Assembly (NCBI GenBank): GCA_002455955.1
Contig: DKLZ01000016.1
Location: 1,356-65,355 of the forward strand
Direction of reading: 5' to 3'
Length of the DNA stretch: 64,000 nucleotides
Origin: Dehalococcoidia bacterium UBA6627
Lineage (GTDB): Bacteria > Chloroflexota > Dehalococcoidia > UBA2979
Both the position numbers and the translations under genes were made by a program. Of this stretch, positions 39,033-47,393 are shown piece by piece. Position 1 is the first letter of the stretch; every line of letters begins with the position of its first letter. Below the pieces are notes generated by a model. The model was not told the DNA's origin. It saw only the letters and a list, made by a program, of their open reading frames with translations, and did not search any database.

Positions 39033-39857
39033 ATGCGTGCATATCTGGCTGAGTTAGTTGGTACTTTCATTCTGGTGCTATTTGGCACAGGATCTGTGGC
39101 CGCTGCGGTTTTGACTGGAGCCCAGGTCGGACTATGGCAAGTAGCCGTCGTGTGGGGCTTCGGTGTCTCACTAGCGATCTTTGTCACCCGGAATGTTTCC
39201 GGCGCCCATCTCAATCCAGCGGTGACATTAGCTTTTTCAATCTTGCGCCCTCAGGAATTTCCGCGCCGGCAGTTACTCCCCTACTGGGGCTCTCAGTTGC
39301 TAGGTGCAATTTTGGCTGGTGCTGTGGTGCTCGCGATTTTCAATCCATTCATCGAACGATTCGAATCGGAACACGGCTTGGTTCGCGGCGAGAAGGGTAG
39401 TCAGGCGTCCGCTATGGTCTTCGGGGAATATTTCCCCAACCCAGCGCTTTTTGGGACAGGCTCAGACGCGTTTGAGTTGGTTTCTCCTGCGATGGCTGTG
39501 TCCGTCGAGGCTTTTGGCACTGGCGTACTGGTATTTGTGATATTTGCCCTTGTTGATCCTCGAAATCTAGGAAAACCCGCAAGCTCGATGGCGCCATTTT
39601 TTATCGGTTTCACTGTTGCTGCGCTGATAAGTCTTTTTGCTCCAGTCACTCAGGGTGGCTGGAATCCAGCGCGTGATTTAGGGCCTAGGATCGTCGCATT
39701 CCTCGCAGGTTGGGATTCGGTGGCAATCCCTGGGCCACGCGATGGATTCTGGGTGTATATCGCGGGACCGCTTCTTGGTGGCCTAGTCGGTGGGGGACTC
39801 TATGATTGGCTCATCCGTTCAACGAGGCCTGAAACTGCCTCAGGTATCGATCACTAA
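39033..39857 (+). CDS. MIP-family channel, aquaglyceroporin (GlpF-like)
   Basis: 274 aa. Two NPA boxes: 'SGAHLNPAVTLAF' and 'GGWNPARDLGPR'. 'GLWQVAVVWGFGVSLAI' aligns with the GlpF Trp48 region. Confidence 0.85.
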   Translation: MRAYLAELVGTFILVLFGTGSVAAAVLTGAQVGLWQVAVVWGFGVSLAIFVTRNVSGAHLNPAVTLAFSILRPQEFPRRQLLPYWGSQLLGAILAGAVVLAIFNPFIERFESEHGLVRGEKGSQASAMVFGEYFPNPALFGTGSDAFELVSPAMAVSVEAFGTGVLVFVIFALVDPRNLGKPASSMAPFFIGFTVAALISLFAPVTQGGWNPARDLGPRIVAFLAGWDSVAIPGPRDGFWVYIAGPLLGGLVGGGLYDWLIRSTRPETASGIDH

Positions 39858-39941
39858 GCACTGCGTCGATTCACTTTTCCCAAGGTGATATAGCAACATT
39901 AGTGGAGAGTGACTGAGGTTAGATAGTAAGGTATTGGTCCT

Positions 39942-40637
39942 ATGGTCACCCCAGAACCACAGTCACACGGCGAACTTCGCGAGCGATTCCATCAACAGCT
40001 CGCCGAACTTCAGGAAGCCCAGCTCGGCATCACTACGATGGTGGATCGAGCTATCCAGCAATCGCTTGACTCACTGATCAACCGCGATGAAGCACTCGCA
40101 CACGTTGTGATTGCGGAAGACAACTTAATAGACGAGGCTGCGTACGGACTTCAGAACCAATGTGTTGTCTTGCTCGCGCAGCAAGGACCGCTTGCCGGTG
40201 ATCTTCGTCTCGTCGTGTCAGTGACTGCAATTGCTTCCGAGTTGGAGCGTATGGGCGACCATGCGGAAGGTATTGCCAAAATCGTAGTGATGATGCAAGG
40301 CGAACCCCTCATTAAGCCTCTGGTTGATATTCCTAAGATGGCCGAGAAGGCACGTAAGATGATGAATGATTCGGTACAAGCGTTCATCAACAAGGATGTC
40401 GATAGCGCCTATGCCGTGAGTCGTGCTGACAATGAAGTCGATGATCTTTATTCAACTGTCTACCACGATCTTATTCAGGTGATGGTAGCTAACCCAAGTG
40501 CGATCGAGCCGGCTACTCACTTGTTGTGGGTCGCACACAACCTCGAACGAATTGCTGATCGAGCTACCAACATTGCTGAGAGAGTGGTCTACACCGCTAC
40601 TGGCGAGCTACCTCACATGGATACTTCTAACTACTAG
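39942..40637 (+). CDS. phoU: Phosphate signalling complex protein PhoU
   Basis: 231 aa with two PhoU repeats: 'ASELERMGDHAEGIAK' and 'AHNLERIADRATNIAE'. Confidence 0.9.
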   Translation: MVTPEPQSHGELRERFHQQLAELQEAQLGITTMVDRAIQQSLDSLINRDEALAHVVIAEDNLIDEAAYGLQNQCVVLLAQQGPLAGDLRLVVSVTAIASELERMGDHAEGIAKIVVMMQGEPLIKPLVDIPKMAEKARKMMNDSVQAFINKDVDSAYAVSRADNEVDDLYSTVYHDLIQVMVANPSAIEPATHLLWVAHNLERIADRATNIAERVVYTATGELPHMDTSNY

Positions 40638-40817
40638 ACTTCGTTCCTACTGGAGTGCTTGTGAGGTAACCATCGGTTATCTGTTCGCTACCTAATCTTC
40701 GATGCTTCTTCGCGGTGTAGTATCGTGCTCTTCGACTAGTACAGGTTACGTTTATTGAGCAGTGGTGAAACTTTATCTGGCTTCATCTTGTTCGCAAACC
40801 ACTGAAGGCAGGAGCTC

Positions 40818-41606
40818 TTGATGTGCTTTTCATATCAATCGAAACCACCAATTGTACCGATTGCGGGTGCAGCAATTGACACCGAGGACGTGACGATTAC
40901 AGCAAGCGATGGGAATTCCTTTGCTGCTTTTGTTGCTCGGGCAGAAATGCCGCTCGGACCAGCACTAGTCGTTATGCCCGATGTCCGAGGCTTGTTCCCG
41001 TTCTACGAAGAATTGGCAATGCGTTTTGCTGAATATGGGTACGACTCGATAGCTATGGACTACTTCGGCCGCACCAATGGTGCTGAAAAGCGCGACGCAG
41101 ATTTCGAATGGAAAGAACCGATATTCCAAACCACATTCGATGGTGTCAAAGCGGACGTTGGAGCCTGTGTGAATTATTTGCGATTGGCATCTGATGACGA
41201 GGAACGCAAAGTTTTCACTGTGGGATTTTGTTACGGCGGTAGCTCCTCGTGGGCACAATCAGCGAATAGTCATGGTTTATCAGGTGCTATAGGTTTCTAT
41301 GGGCATCCGACGCGGGAAGGGCCTCCACCGGGTGCACCAGCGACTATCGATCTCATTTCTCAATTCGAGGCTCCAATTCTTGGCTTGATGGCAGGAGCGG
41401 ATCAAAACATTCCGCGGGCTGAGGTTGAGAAGTTTGAAATGGCGTTGGAAGCAGTTGAGCATCCTCATGAGATTTACACCTACGACGGTGCTCCACACTC
41501 ATTCTTTGATCGTGGATTCGAGGAATATGCCGGCGAATCGACGGATGCTTGGAATCGAGTGCTTCGATTTATAGAGCAGCATTCGACGGTGGAAGCAAGC
41601 ATCTAA
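40818..41606 (+). CDS. Dienelactone hydrolase family protein
   Basis: 262 aa alpha/beta hydrolase. Nucleophile context 'TVGFCYGGS', and C-terminal 'YDGAPHSF' as in DLH. Confidence 0.75.
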   Translation: MMCFSYQSKPPIVPIAGAAIDTEDVTITASDGNSFAAFVARAEMPLGPALVVMPDVRGLFPFYEELAMRFAEYGYDSIAMDYFGRTNGAEKRDADFEWKEPIFQTTFDGVKADVGACVNYLRLASDDEERKVFTVGFCYGGSSSWAQSANSHGLSGAIGFYGHPTREGPPPGAPATIDLISQFEAPILGLMAGADQNIPRAEVEKFEMALEAVEHPHEIYTYDGAPHSFFDRGFEEYAGESTDAWNRVLRFIEQHSTVEASI

Positions 41607-41644
41607 TTTCAGGGAACTTTTGTCACTAAGGGATAGGATTTCAG

Positions 41645-42553
41645 ATGCAATTCAGCGTTTGGCCAAATCATCCAGGCGTATGGGAACCGCTACTAAACTT
41701 TGCTGACCATGTGGAACAGAGTGGTTGGGATGGTTTGTGGTTAGCCGATCACTTTATGCCGAACCAAGAAGATAATAGTGGGCCGACCGGAGAAGCTTGG
41801 ACTGCTCTATCAGCGCTGGCTGCCAGAATCCCGCGTATTCGTTTGGGTACCATGGTCACTGGTAATACATATAGGCACCCAGCAGTGCTTGCCAAAATGG
41901 CAGCACAAGTCGATGTGATTAGTGATGGCAGACTAGTGCTTGGGATTGGCTCAGCCTGGCAGCAAAACGAGCACGAAGCTTACGGTATACCGTTTTATAC
42001 AGTTGGTAGCCGTTTGCGGCGGCTCGAGGAGGCTGTACAAGTCATCCGAAGTTTGTTTACCAACGAGCGAACGGATTTCAGTGGCAAGTTCTACCAAATT
42101 ACCGACGCTCCACTAGCACCGAAACCGCTTCAACCTTACGGACCGCCGTTGTTAATCGGTGGTGGTGGTGAGAAAGTGACCATGCGGATAGCTGCTCAGT
42201 ATGCGGATGAATGGAATGTCTGGGGAGATCCCGAGATATTGCGGCACAAGATCAGCGTGTTAGAACGACACTGCGAAGATCTAGGACGCGATCCGGATCT
42301 AATTCGTAAGTCAGCCAATGCCATGATTCACATCACTGATGATCCAGCGGACGCTGAACGGATACGTGAGAAGAATCCGCGTTCGCTTTCCGGATCGGTC
42401 TCGGAGATTCAGGCATTGATACAGGAATACGCAGAAGCTGGTGTTGATGAGTTGGTTGTGCCGATTTTTCGATTGCGAGCCGATCGGAACGCGGATCGTG
42501 CGAAAGAAACAGCGGACCAATTCCAACGAGATATAGCTTCAGCGTTTAAGTAA
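41645..42553 (+). CDS. Luciferase-like monooxygenase (LLM) class oxidoreductase, probably F420-dependent
   Basis: 302 aa. 'GWDGLWLADHF', 'RIRLGTMVTGNTYRHPAVLAKMAAQVDVISDGRLVLGIGSAW', 'PPLLIGGGGEK'. Confidence 0.75.
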   Translation: MQFSVWPNHPGVWEPLLNFADHVEQSGWDGLWLADHFMPNQEDNSGPTGEAWTALSALAARIPRIRLGTMVTGNTYRHPAVLAKMAAQVDVISDGRLVLGIGSAWQQNEHEAYGIPFYTVGSRLRRLEEAVQVIRSLFTNERTDFSGKFYQITDAPLAPKPLQPYGPPLLIGGGGEKVTMRIAAQYADEWNVWGDPEILRHKISVLERHCEDLGRDPDLIRKSANAMIHITDDPADAERIREKNPRSLSGSVSEIQALIQEYAEAGVDELVVPIFRLRADRNADRAKETADQFQRDIASAFK

Positions 42554-42664
42554 GATATACCAGACTCACACTGCTGTGTGGTGACTTGGATGACGAGGAT
42601 CGATGTATTGTTCCGGTTGTGCGGATGTCTAGTCGATTACCTCACCGAGTGATTGTAGGTCGGC

Positions 42665-43126
42665 ATGGCTGAACTAATGGTCTCGAAGATCGAGAACAAT
42701 CGTGAGTTGACTCTCGCCCTTAAGATCAGGCGCCTGGTTTTCATCGACGAGCAGGATGTCCCTGAAGCTGAGGAAATCGATCGTTTCGATGCTGTGCCGG
42801 CTGTCGTTAAAGACTGTATCCATGTGCTGGCATGGCTCGATTCTGAGCCGATTGCTACTGGTCGATTACTGATCGATGAGCCACCCTCTGAACTTGCACA
42901 CATCGGTCGAGTCGCAGTGCTCGCGGAACATCGTGGTACTGGAGTTGGGCGTGCACTCATGACAGCGTTACATGATGAAGCACGAAGTCTCGGTCGCCCC
43001 GGAACCACGCTTGCGGCACAGCTTCATGCTGTACCGTTCTACGAGCGTCTCGGCTATATAGCGCGAGGCGAGGTGTTTCTTGATGCAGGAATTGATCACC
43101 GGTGGATGGATCTTAATTTTCGGTAA
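42665..43126 (+). CDS. GNAT family N-acetyltransferase
   Basis: 153 aa. Motif A 'VAVLAEHRGTGVGRALM', and 'FYERLGY'. Confidence 0.8.
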   Translation: MAELMVSKIENNRELTLALKIRRLVFIDEQDVPEAEEIDRFDAVPAVVKDCIHVLAWLDSEPIATGRLLIDEPPSELAHIGRVAVLAEHRGTGVGRALMTALHDEARSLGRPGTTLAAQLHAVPFYERLGYIARGEVFLDAGIDHRWMDLNFR

Positions 43127-43271
43127 CGCTTGCAAGACTTTAGGTGTCGCTGTGTCTGAACTCCCACCACACCCCGAAGCGACCAACAGGAACGTCAGCA
43201 CAACTTCGCACTTCCTCATGATTGGAGTCTGTCATCCCCTCTGAAAGGGGGTAGGGGCGACACCGGATCAC

Positions 43272-44444
43272 CTACCCGTAGAGACGACGCATTACGCGAT
43301 ATATGTTGTTGCGCTGTACTTCATTAGCGCCTTCGTATATGCGTTGTACTCGATGGTCACGGTAGATTCGTTCGATTGCTGATCCGCGTATGTAGCCGAT
43401 GCCTCCATGCATTTGAAGTGATCGGTCGATTGTCTCTTCGGCAGCTTCCGTCACGAAGGTCTTACAGATTGATGCTTCTGACTCGATGTTCTCTCCAGCG
43501 TCAGACATGAGAGCGGTTCGGTATGTAATCGACTCTGCTGTGTAGAGAGAGATTTGCATATCAGCGAGAGTGTGTTGTGCCACTTGCTGGTCGCCCAGTG
43601 TGCCTCCGAAAAGTTCTCGTTGATGGGCATATTCCCATGCTAATTTCACTGCTTCCTTCGCCATTCCCAGTGATATCGCAGCTATTCCAATGCGTGATTG
43701 ATTCAGTGTGCTAAGAGCATGTTGGAGTCCAGTGTTTTCGTCACCAATCAGTCGGTCACGGTCGATGCGAACGTTGTCATACACAATTTCGGCAGTGTCC
43801 GAAGCACGGATACCCATCTTATCTTCGAGACGGACTATCTCTAAGCCTGGAGTGCCAGCGTCAATTACGAATAACGAGATGCCTCGGCCGCGTTGCGCAG
43901 GATCGGTTTTCGCGAACGTGACAAAATATTCAGCGAGCTGGCCGTTGGAGATAAAGTTCTTCTGTCCATTGATGACGAAGTTATCCCCGTCAGCAAGTGC
44001 AGCAGTGGCCATTGCTGGAACATCACTACCAGCACCAGCTTCGGTGAGGCAGAAAGCGCCCACTCCTTTTCCCTGTGCCATCGGGGTCAGGAAGCGTTTC
44101 TTTTGTTCGTCGCTTCCTGCAACCGCGATCATGCGTGCGGCGAGCCCCGAAGATGCGGCAACGAGTACAGCTGTTGAGGCATGCGCTCGGGCGATCTCTT
44201 CCTGAACGATAGTGAAGCCAATCTCGCCCATCGCTGATCCGCCCCAACGTTCTTCGAACGGAGCCCCGAAATATCCGAGTTGTCCGATTTTGTCGATTAA
44301 GCTGCGGTCGATTGCACCGGCCTCCTCCATCTCATCTACTCGAGGTCGCAGTTCCCGGGTAGCGAAATCTCGAACAGCGAGTCGAAGTGGATCGATATGC
44401 TCAGGGAGTTGTACGACCATTAAGAGCTCCTTAGGTTTCGACAA
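43272..44444 (-). CDS. Acyl-CoA dehydrogenase
   Basis: 390 aa. 'FCLTEAGAGSD', 'NGQKNFISNG', C-terminal catalytic-Glu region 'QRIYEGANEVQR'. Confidence 0.9.
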   Translation of the reverse strand: MSKPKELLMVVQLPEHIDPLRLAVRDFATRELRPRVDEMEEAGAIDRSLIDKIGQLGYFGAPFEERWGGSAMGEIGFTIVQEEIARAHASTAVLVAASSGLAARMIAVAGSDEQKKRFLTPMAQGKGVGAFCLTEAGAGSDVPAMATAALADGDNFVINGQKNFISNGQLAEYFVTFAKTDPAQRGRGISLFVIDAGTPGLEIVRLEDKMGIRASDTAEIVYDNVRIDRDRLIGDENTGLQHALSTLNQSRIGIAAISLGMAKEAVKLAWEYAHQRELFGGTLGDQQVAQHTLADMQISLYTAESITYRTALMSDAGENIESEASICKTFVTEAAEETIDRSLQMHGGIGYIRGSAIERIYRDHRVQRIYEGANEVQRNNIYRVMRRLYG

Positions 44445-44662
44445 GATCAGGGAAAAAGTTATCTGCGAATGTGTTTCATGTCACCCGATTCGATCGATAA
44501 CACTATGTAATGGAGATATAAATCGCGGTCACTTGGTTCACGAGTTGAATAAATATTCCTACGCGATTAGTTGAATGCCACCTACTTTCGCCGTGCGATG
44601 CTTTGCTATCGTAAGGTAGAGATTCGATCGCCCTTTCCGATCGCTGATGATAAAGAGAGACA

Positions 44663-45889
44663 GTGATTATGTTTAACAGGAACAACCAACTTGACGTCCT
44701 TGGAGCTCAAACTGCAGAAGAAGTAGACCACCCAACAGGTCCCGACGTCGGCGAACGCATGCCCGATATCACTCTTCCAGATCAAACTGGCACGCTTGTC
44801 AATATCGAGGAGACTCGTGGAGATCGCCGAGCCTTAGTGGTGTTCCATCGCTCATTAGTTTGGTGACCATTCTGTCGGTCGCAGCTCGTGCAGCTGCAAG
44901 AAAATCTGGATAAGTTCGAACAAGCCGGTATTTCTGTCTTTGCGATCTCTTATGACTCTGTCGAAGCGCAAGCCGATTTTGCAGAAAAGTTCGGAATCAC
45001 TTATTCCCTCCTTTCAGATGTAAATAGCGACGCGATAGAAGCGACGGGGATTCTAAACGTACAGGCTGTACCCGAGAAATCAGTTGGGCCCGGGCTTGCT
45101 GCATCGGAGCAGACGATTTTGAAGGTTACTCCCTTCAACACGGAAAAGGTCGAGGCGAACCTTGGCTCGTCGTTCTACGGTATTCCGTATCCGGGGTCAT
45201 ATCTCATTGGTACAGATGGCCGTGTGATCGAGAAGCTCTTTTATCGGCACTATCGCACCCGGCCATCAGCTGAGACTGTGCTTCGAAGTGGCTTTGGTGT
45301 GGACTTCGAAGTGCATGACAATCCTTCAGCTGAATCTAGCGGAAAGGGCGTGAACATCCGAGCTACGCTGGGGTCTAAATCAATGACGTACATGGAAGCA
45401 TCGCTTCTTTATGTAGAAATCGATCTGGCTGATGGTCTTCATCTCTACGGATCGCCAGTACCCGATGGCTATATAGCGACGACAGTCACTGTCACTGGTC
45501 CGGAATCCGTTGAGGTCGGACCAGCGCGGTACCCGGAAACTCGCCCTTTTGAAGTCACCGGCCTCGATGAATCATTTCAAGTCTTTGATGGCGCACTAGA
45601 AATTGCGGTCCCCGTGTACTACGTGCAAGAAGACTTCGAACATCTTTTGCGTCGGTCACATTTCCTAGCTAGTGACCTAGAGGAGCCTAGTGCTGGGGTT
45701 GTGCGTCAACTCATCGCGCACGCCGAGGCAACACGTCCACCACCGGACACGTCTGTCGAGCTCGACGTGTCAGTTAAATATCAGGCATGTACAACTGATG
45801 CTTGTCTCATTCCTCAGGAGCAAAGTTTTAAAATGGACATCCCGATCGTGCGAGTCCAAGTCAACAATTCCACCAAACCCAAGGATTAG
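44663..45889 (+). CDS. Selenocysteine-containing PRX-like (AhpC/TSA 'WCPxC'-type) redoxin fused to a DsbD-N-like domain; in-frame TGA at 44864-44866 read as Sec
   Basis: ORFs 44663..44866 and 44888..45889 share one frame, separated by a single TGA. The joined sequence is 'RALVVFHRSLVW-U-PFCRSQLVQLQENLDKFEQAGISVFAISYDS'. A hairpin lies 14 nt after the TGA. The C-terminus has 'VSVKYQACTTDACLIPQ'. Confidence 0.7.
44881..44897 (+). promoter_or_regulatory. Candidate bacterial SECIS hairpin (GCAGCU-CGUGC-AGCUGC)
   Basis: Perfect 6-bp stem with a 5-nt loop containing GU. The loop is about 22 nt 3' of the in-frame UGA. Possible lower-stem pairings are CCA(44867-69)/UGG(44907-09) and UUCU(44870-73)/AGAA(44899-902). 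Confidence 0.5.
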
Positions 45890-45906
45890 AGAAGCCTCTA
45901 ATTAAG

Positions 45907-45982
45907 TGGCACCCCCGGAAGGATTCGAACCTCCGACCGGCGGATTAGAAGTCCGCTGCTCTGTCCACTGAGCTACGGGGGC
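45907..45982 (-). tRNA. tRNA-Arg (anticodon UCU), CCA encoded
   Basis: Manual cloverleaf: acceptor GCCCCCG/CGGGGGU, D-arm GCUC-AGUGGACA-GAGC, anticodon arm GCGGA-CUUCUAA-UCCGC, variable loop CGGUC, T-arm GGAGG-UUCGAAU-CCUUC, discriminator G, CCA. Confidence 0.9.
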
Positions 45983-46221
45983 ACGCATTCATGGTAGTCA
46001 GCAATGCTGCTGTGTGGCGTTCTAACGTACCTGAATGTTGAGACTATCTCTCGTAAGTGGAGATTGATCGATATCTTGCTTGGCTTAATCGCTTCTTAAA
46101 TACTCTAAATTTGTTGACGAGATTATCATTTAACCATTGGCTATCTGACATGCTTCGTGTCGCGGACTGCTCGAATCGATCTGAGTATGAATTCTTCAAT
46201 GATTACGAAAAAGAAGCCTAA

Positions 46222-47172
46222 TCAAGACTTCACGGGAGTTTCGGACGCTTCTTCCTTTCTGAACCAGTCAATTGTCAAAGCGACTCCATCTTCAAACGAT
46301 GTCTGCGGTTGCCAATTCCAAACGCGTTTCGCTTTTGTTGGTTCAAGTGATATCCGCTGGATGTCACCCGGTCGTGCTTCAGCGATTAAAATTGGCCGCT
46401 TATAACCAGTAAGGTCGGCGATTGTCTCGAACACGCGTGCTGTTGACACTTCGATACCGGTACTAATGTTGCAAATATCTGGTGGACCTTCAGCCGCGAG
46501 TAATATCGCATCAACAGTGTCGTCGATATATACGTAATCGCGACGTTGGTTACCGTCTCCGAAAAGAGTGACAGGTTCGTCGCGGAGCATCGCGCGTGTC
46601 ACTATCGCTATGACTCCAGCTTCAGCATTTGGATTCTGACCCGGTCCGTAGATATTCGATGGACGTAGGATAGACACTTCGAGGTCAGTTTGTTGCGTGA
46701 CTACTCCCAGGTAGATCTCTGCCGCTGCTTTCGAAGCGCCGTAGACCGACATCGGGGATACATGTGATGCCTCTTTGGCAGGTAATTCCTGAGGTGGCAA
46801 TTCTCCATGAAGTGCTCCTCCCGTGGATATGAAGATCATGCGCCGACTGCCTGCTGCGGCAGCATTAAAGGCCAACTCCAGGGTTGCTAAAGCGTTAGTT
46901 TCGACGTCAGTGCGTGGGTCACGCATTGAGGCAGGAACTGATGCCTGAGCTGCTATGTGAAACACGAGCTCAGGACGGATCTCTTTGATTAATGTGTTAA
47001 CGCGTTCACGATCACGTATGTCGAGTGTGACTTCTCGCACATTTCCATTGAAATCGCCCCTGGGCGAAGCGATATCGAGACCAGTAATCTCGTAGCCTTG
47101 TGTAGTAAGGCGACGGATGATGTGACCGGCAACAAAGCCGGAAGAACCGGTTACAAGTGCTCGAGGCGCCAC
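46222..47172 (-). CDS. NAD-dependent epimerase/dehydratase (extended SDR; UDP-sugar 4-epimerase-like)
   Basis: 316 aa. 'ALVTGSSGFVAGH' and catalytic 'YGASKAAAE'. Confidence 0.8.
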   Translation of the reverse strand: MAPRALVTGSSGFVAGHIIRRLTTQGYEITGLDIASPRGDFNGNVREVTLDIRDRERVNTLIKEIRPELVFHIAAQASVPASMRDPRTDVETNALATLELAFNAAAAGSRRMIFISTGGALHGELPPQELPAKEASHVSPMSVYGASKAAAEIYLGVVTQQTDLEVSILRPSNIYGPGQNPNAEAGVIAIVTRAMLRDEPVTLFGDGNQRRDYVYIDDTVDAILLAAEGPPDICNISTGIEVSTARVFETIADLTGYKRPILIAEARPGDIQRISLEPTKAKRVWNWQPQTSFEDGVALTIDWFRKEEASETPVKS

Positions 47173-47264
47173 GGTTGTTCCTTTCGGATCACAGATGGTC
47201 TTTATTTATTAATCTTGCGATGAGGTGGTCATCTGGTCATTAATGTCTCCGCGTCTTCGAGATA

Positions 47265-47291
47265 GGAAATCGACCCCAGAGGTCGATTTCC
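47265..47291. promoter_or_regulatory. Perfect 11-bp inverted repeat GGAAATCGACC-N5-GGTCGATTTCC in the epimerase/SRAP divergent region
   Basis: Read directly from the sequence. No flanking U-tract on either strand, so it is not a typical intrinsic terminator. It is a candidate operator or 5'-UTR hairpin. Confidence 0.35.
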
Positions 47292-47393
47292 CAAACAATA
47301 TAGTTTGAAAAGTTTTAGTGCTTGCTCCAGATATTAACGATTGATGCGTATTTAGAGCGAAGAGCTCGAGAACGAGACTGTAGACTGCTTCTC

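Noticed and set aside
43127-43219. The minus-strand ORF 42968..43219 begins with a convincing lipoprotein signal, 'MRKCEVVLTFLLVASGCGGSSDTATPK'.
   Set aside because: Only the first 31 codons are unique sequence. The rest runs antisense through the 3' end of the well-supported GNAT gene, with no recognisable domain. It is at best a remnant of a lost lipoprotein gene, so I did not call it.
43228-43242. Small hairpin CCCCT-CTGAA-AGGGG between the convergent GNAT and ACAD genes, as a possible bidirectional terminator.
   Set aside because: It has only a 5-bp stem and no U-tract on either strand, which is too weak to call.
43708-44205. Long antisense or shadow ORFs in the track. Examples are 43708..44205 (+) inside the ACAD gene, 34483..34944 (-), 28887..29348 (+), 24431..24844 (+) and 12780..13064 (-).
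   Set aside because: Each lies entirely or mostly opposite a gene with strong family motifs. Each has a low-complexity, Arg/Ser/Pro-rich composition typical of antisense frames, and none has a recognisable domain.
44543-44575. Direct repeat AGTTGAAT (44543-44550 and 44568-44575) upstream of the selenoprotein gene, as a possible redox-regulator site.
   Set aside because: It is a single 8-mer pair with no dyad symmetry and no known motif match. Chance cannot be excluded without comparative data.
45890-47393. tRNA-Arg as a possible integration site for a genomic island.
   Set aside because: There is no integrase, no direct repeat of the tRNA 3' end that I could find, and no phage or mobile genes. 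The flanking genes (redoxin, epimerase, SRAP) look like ordinary chromosomal genes.
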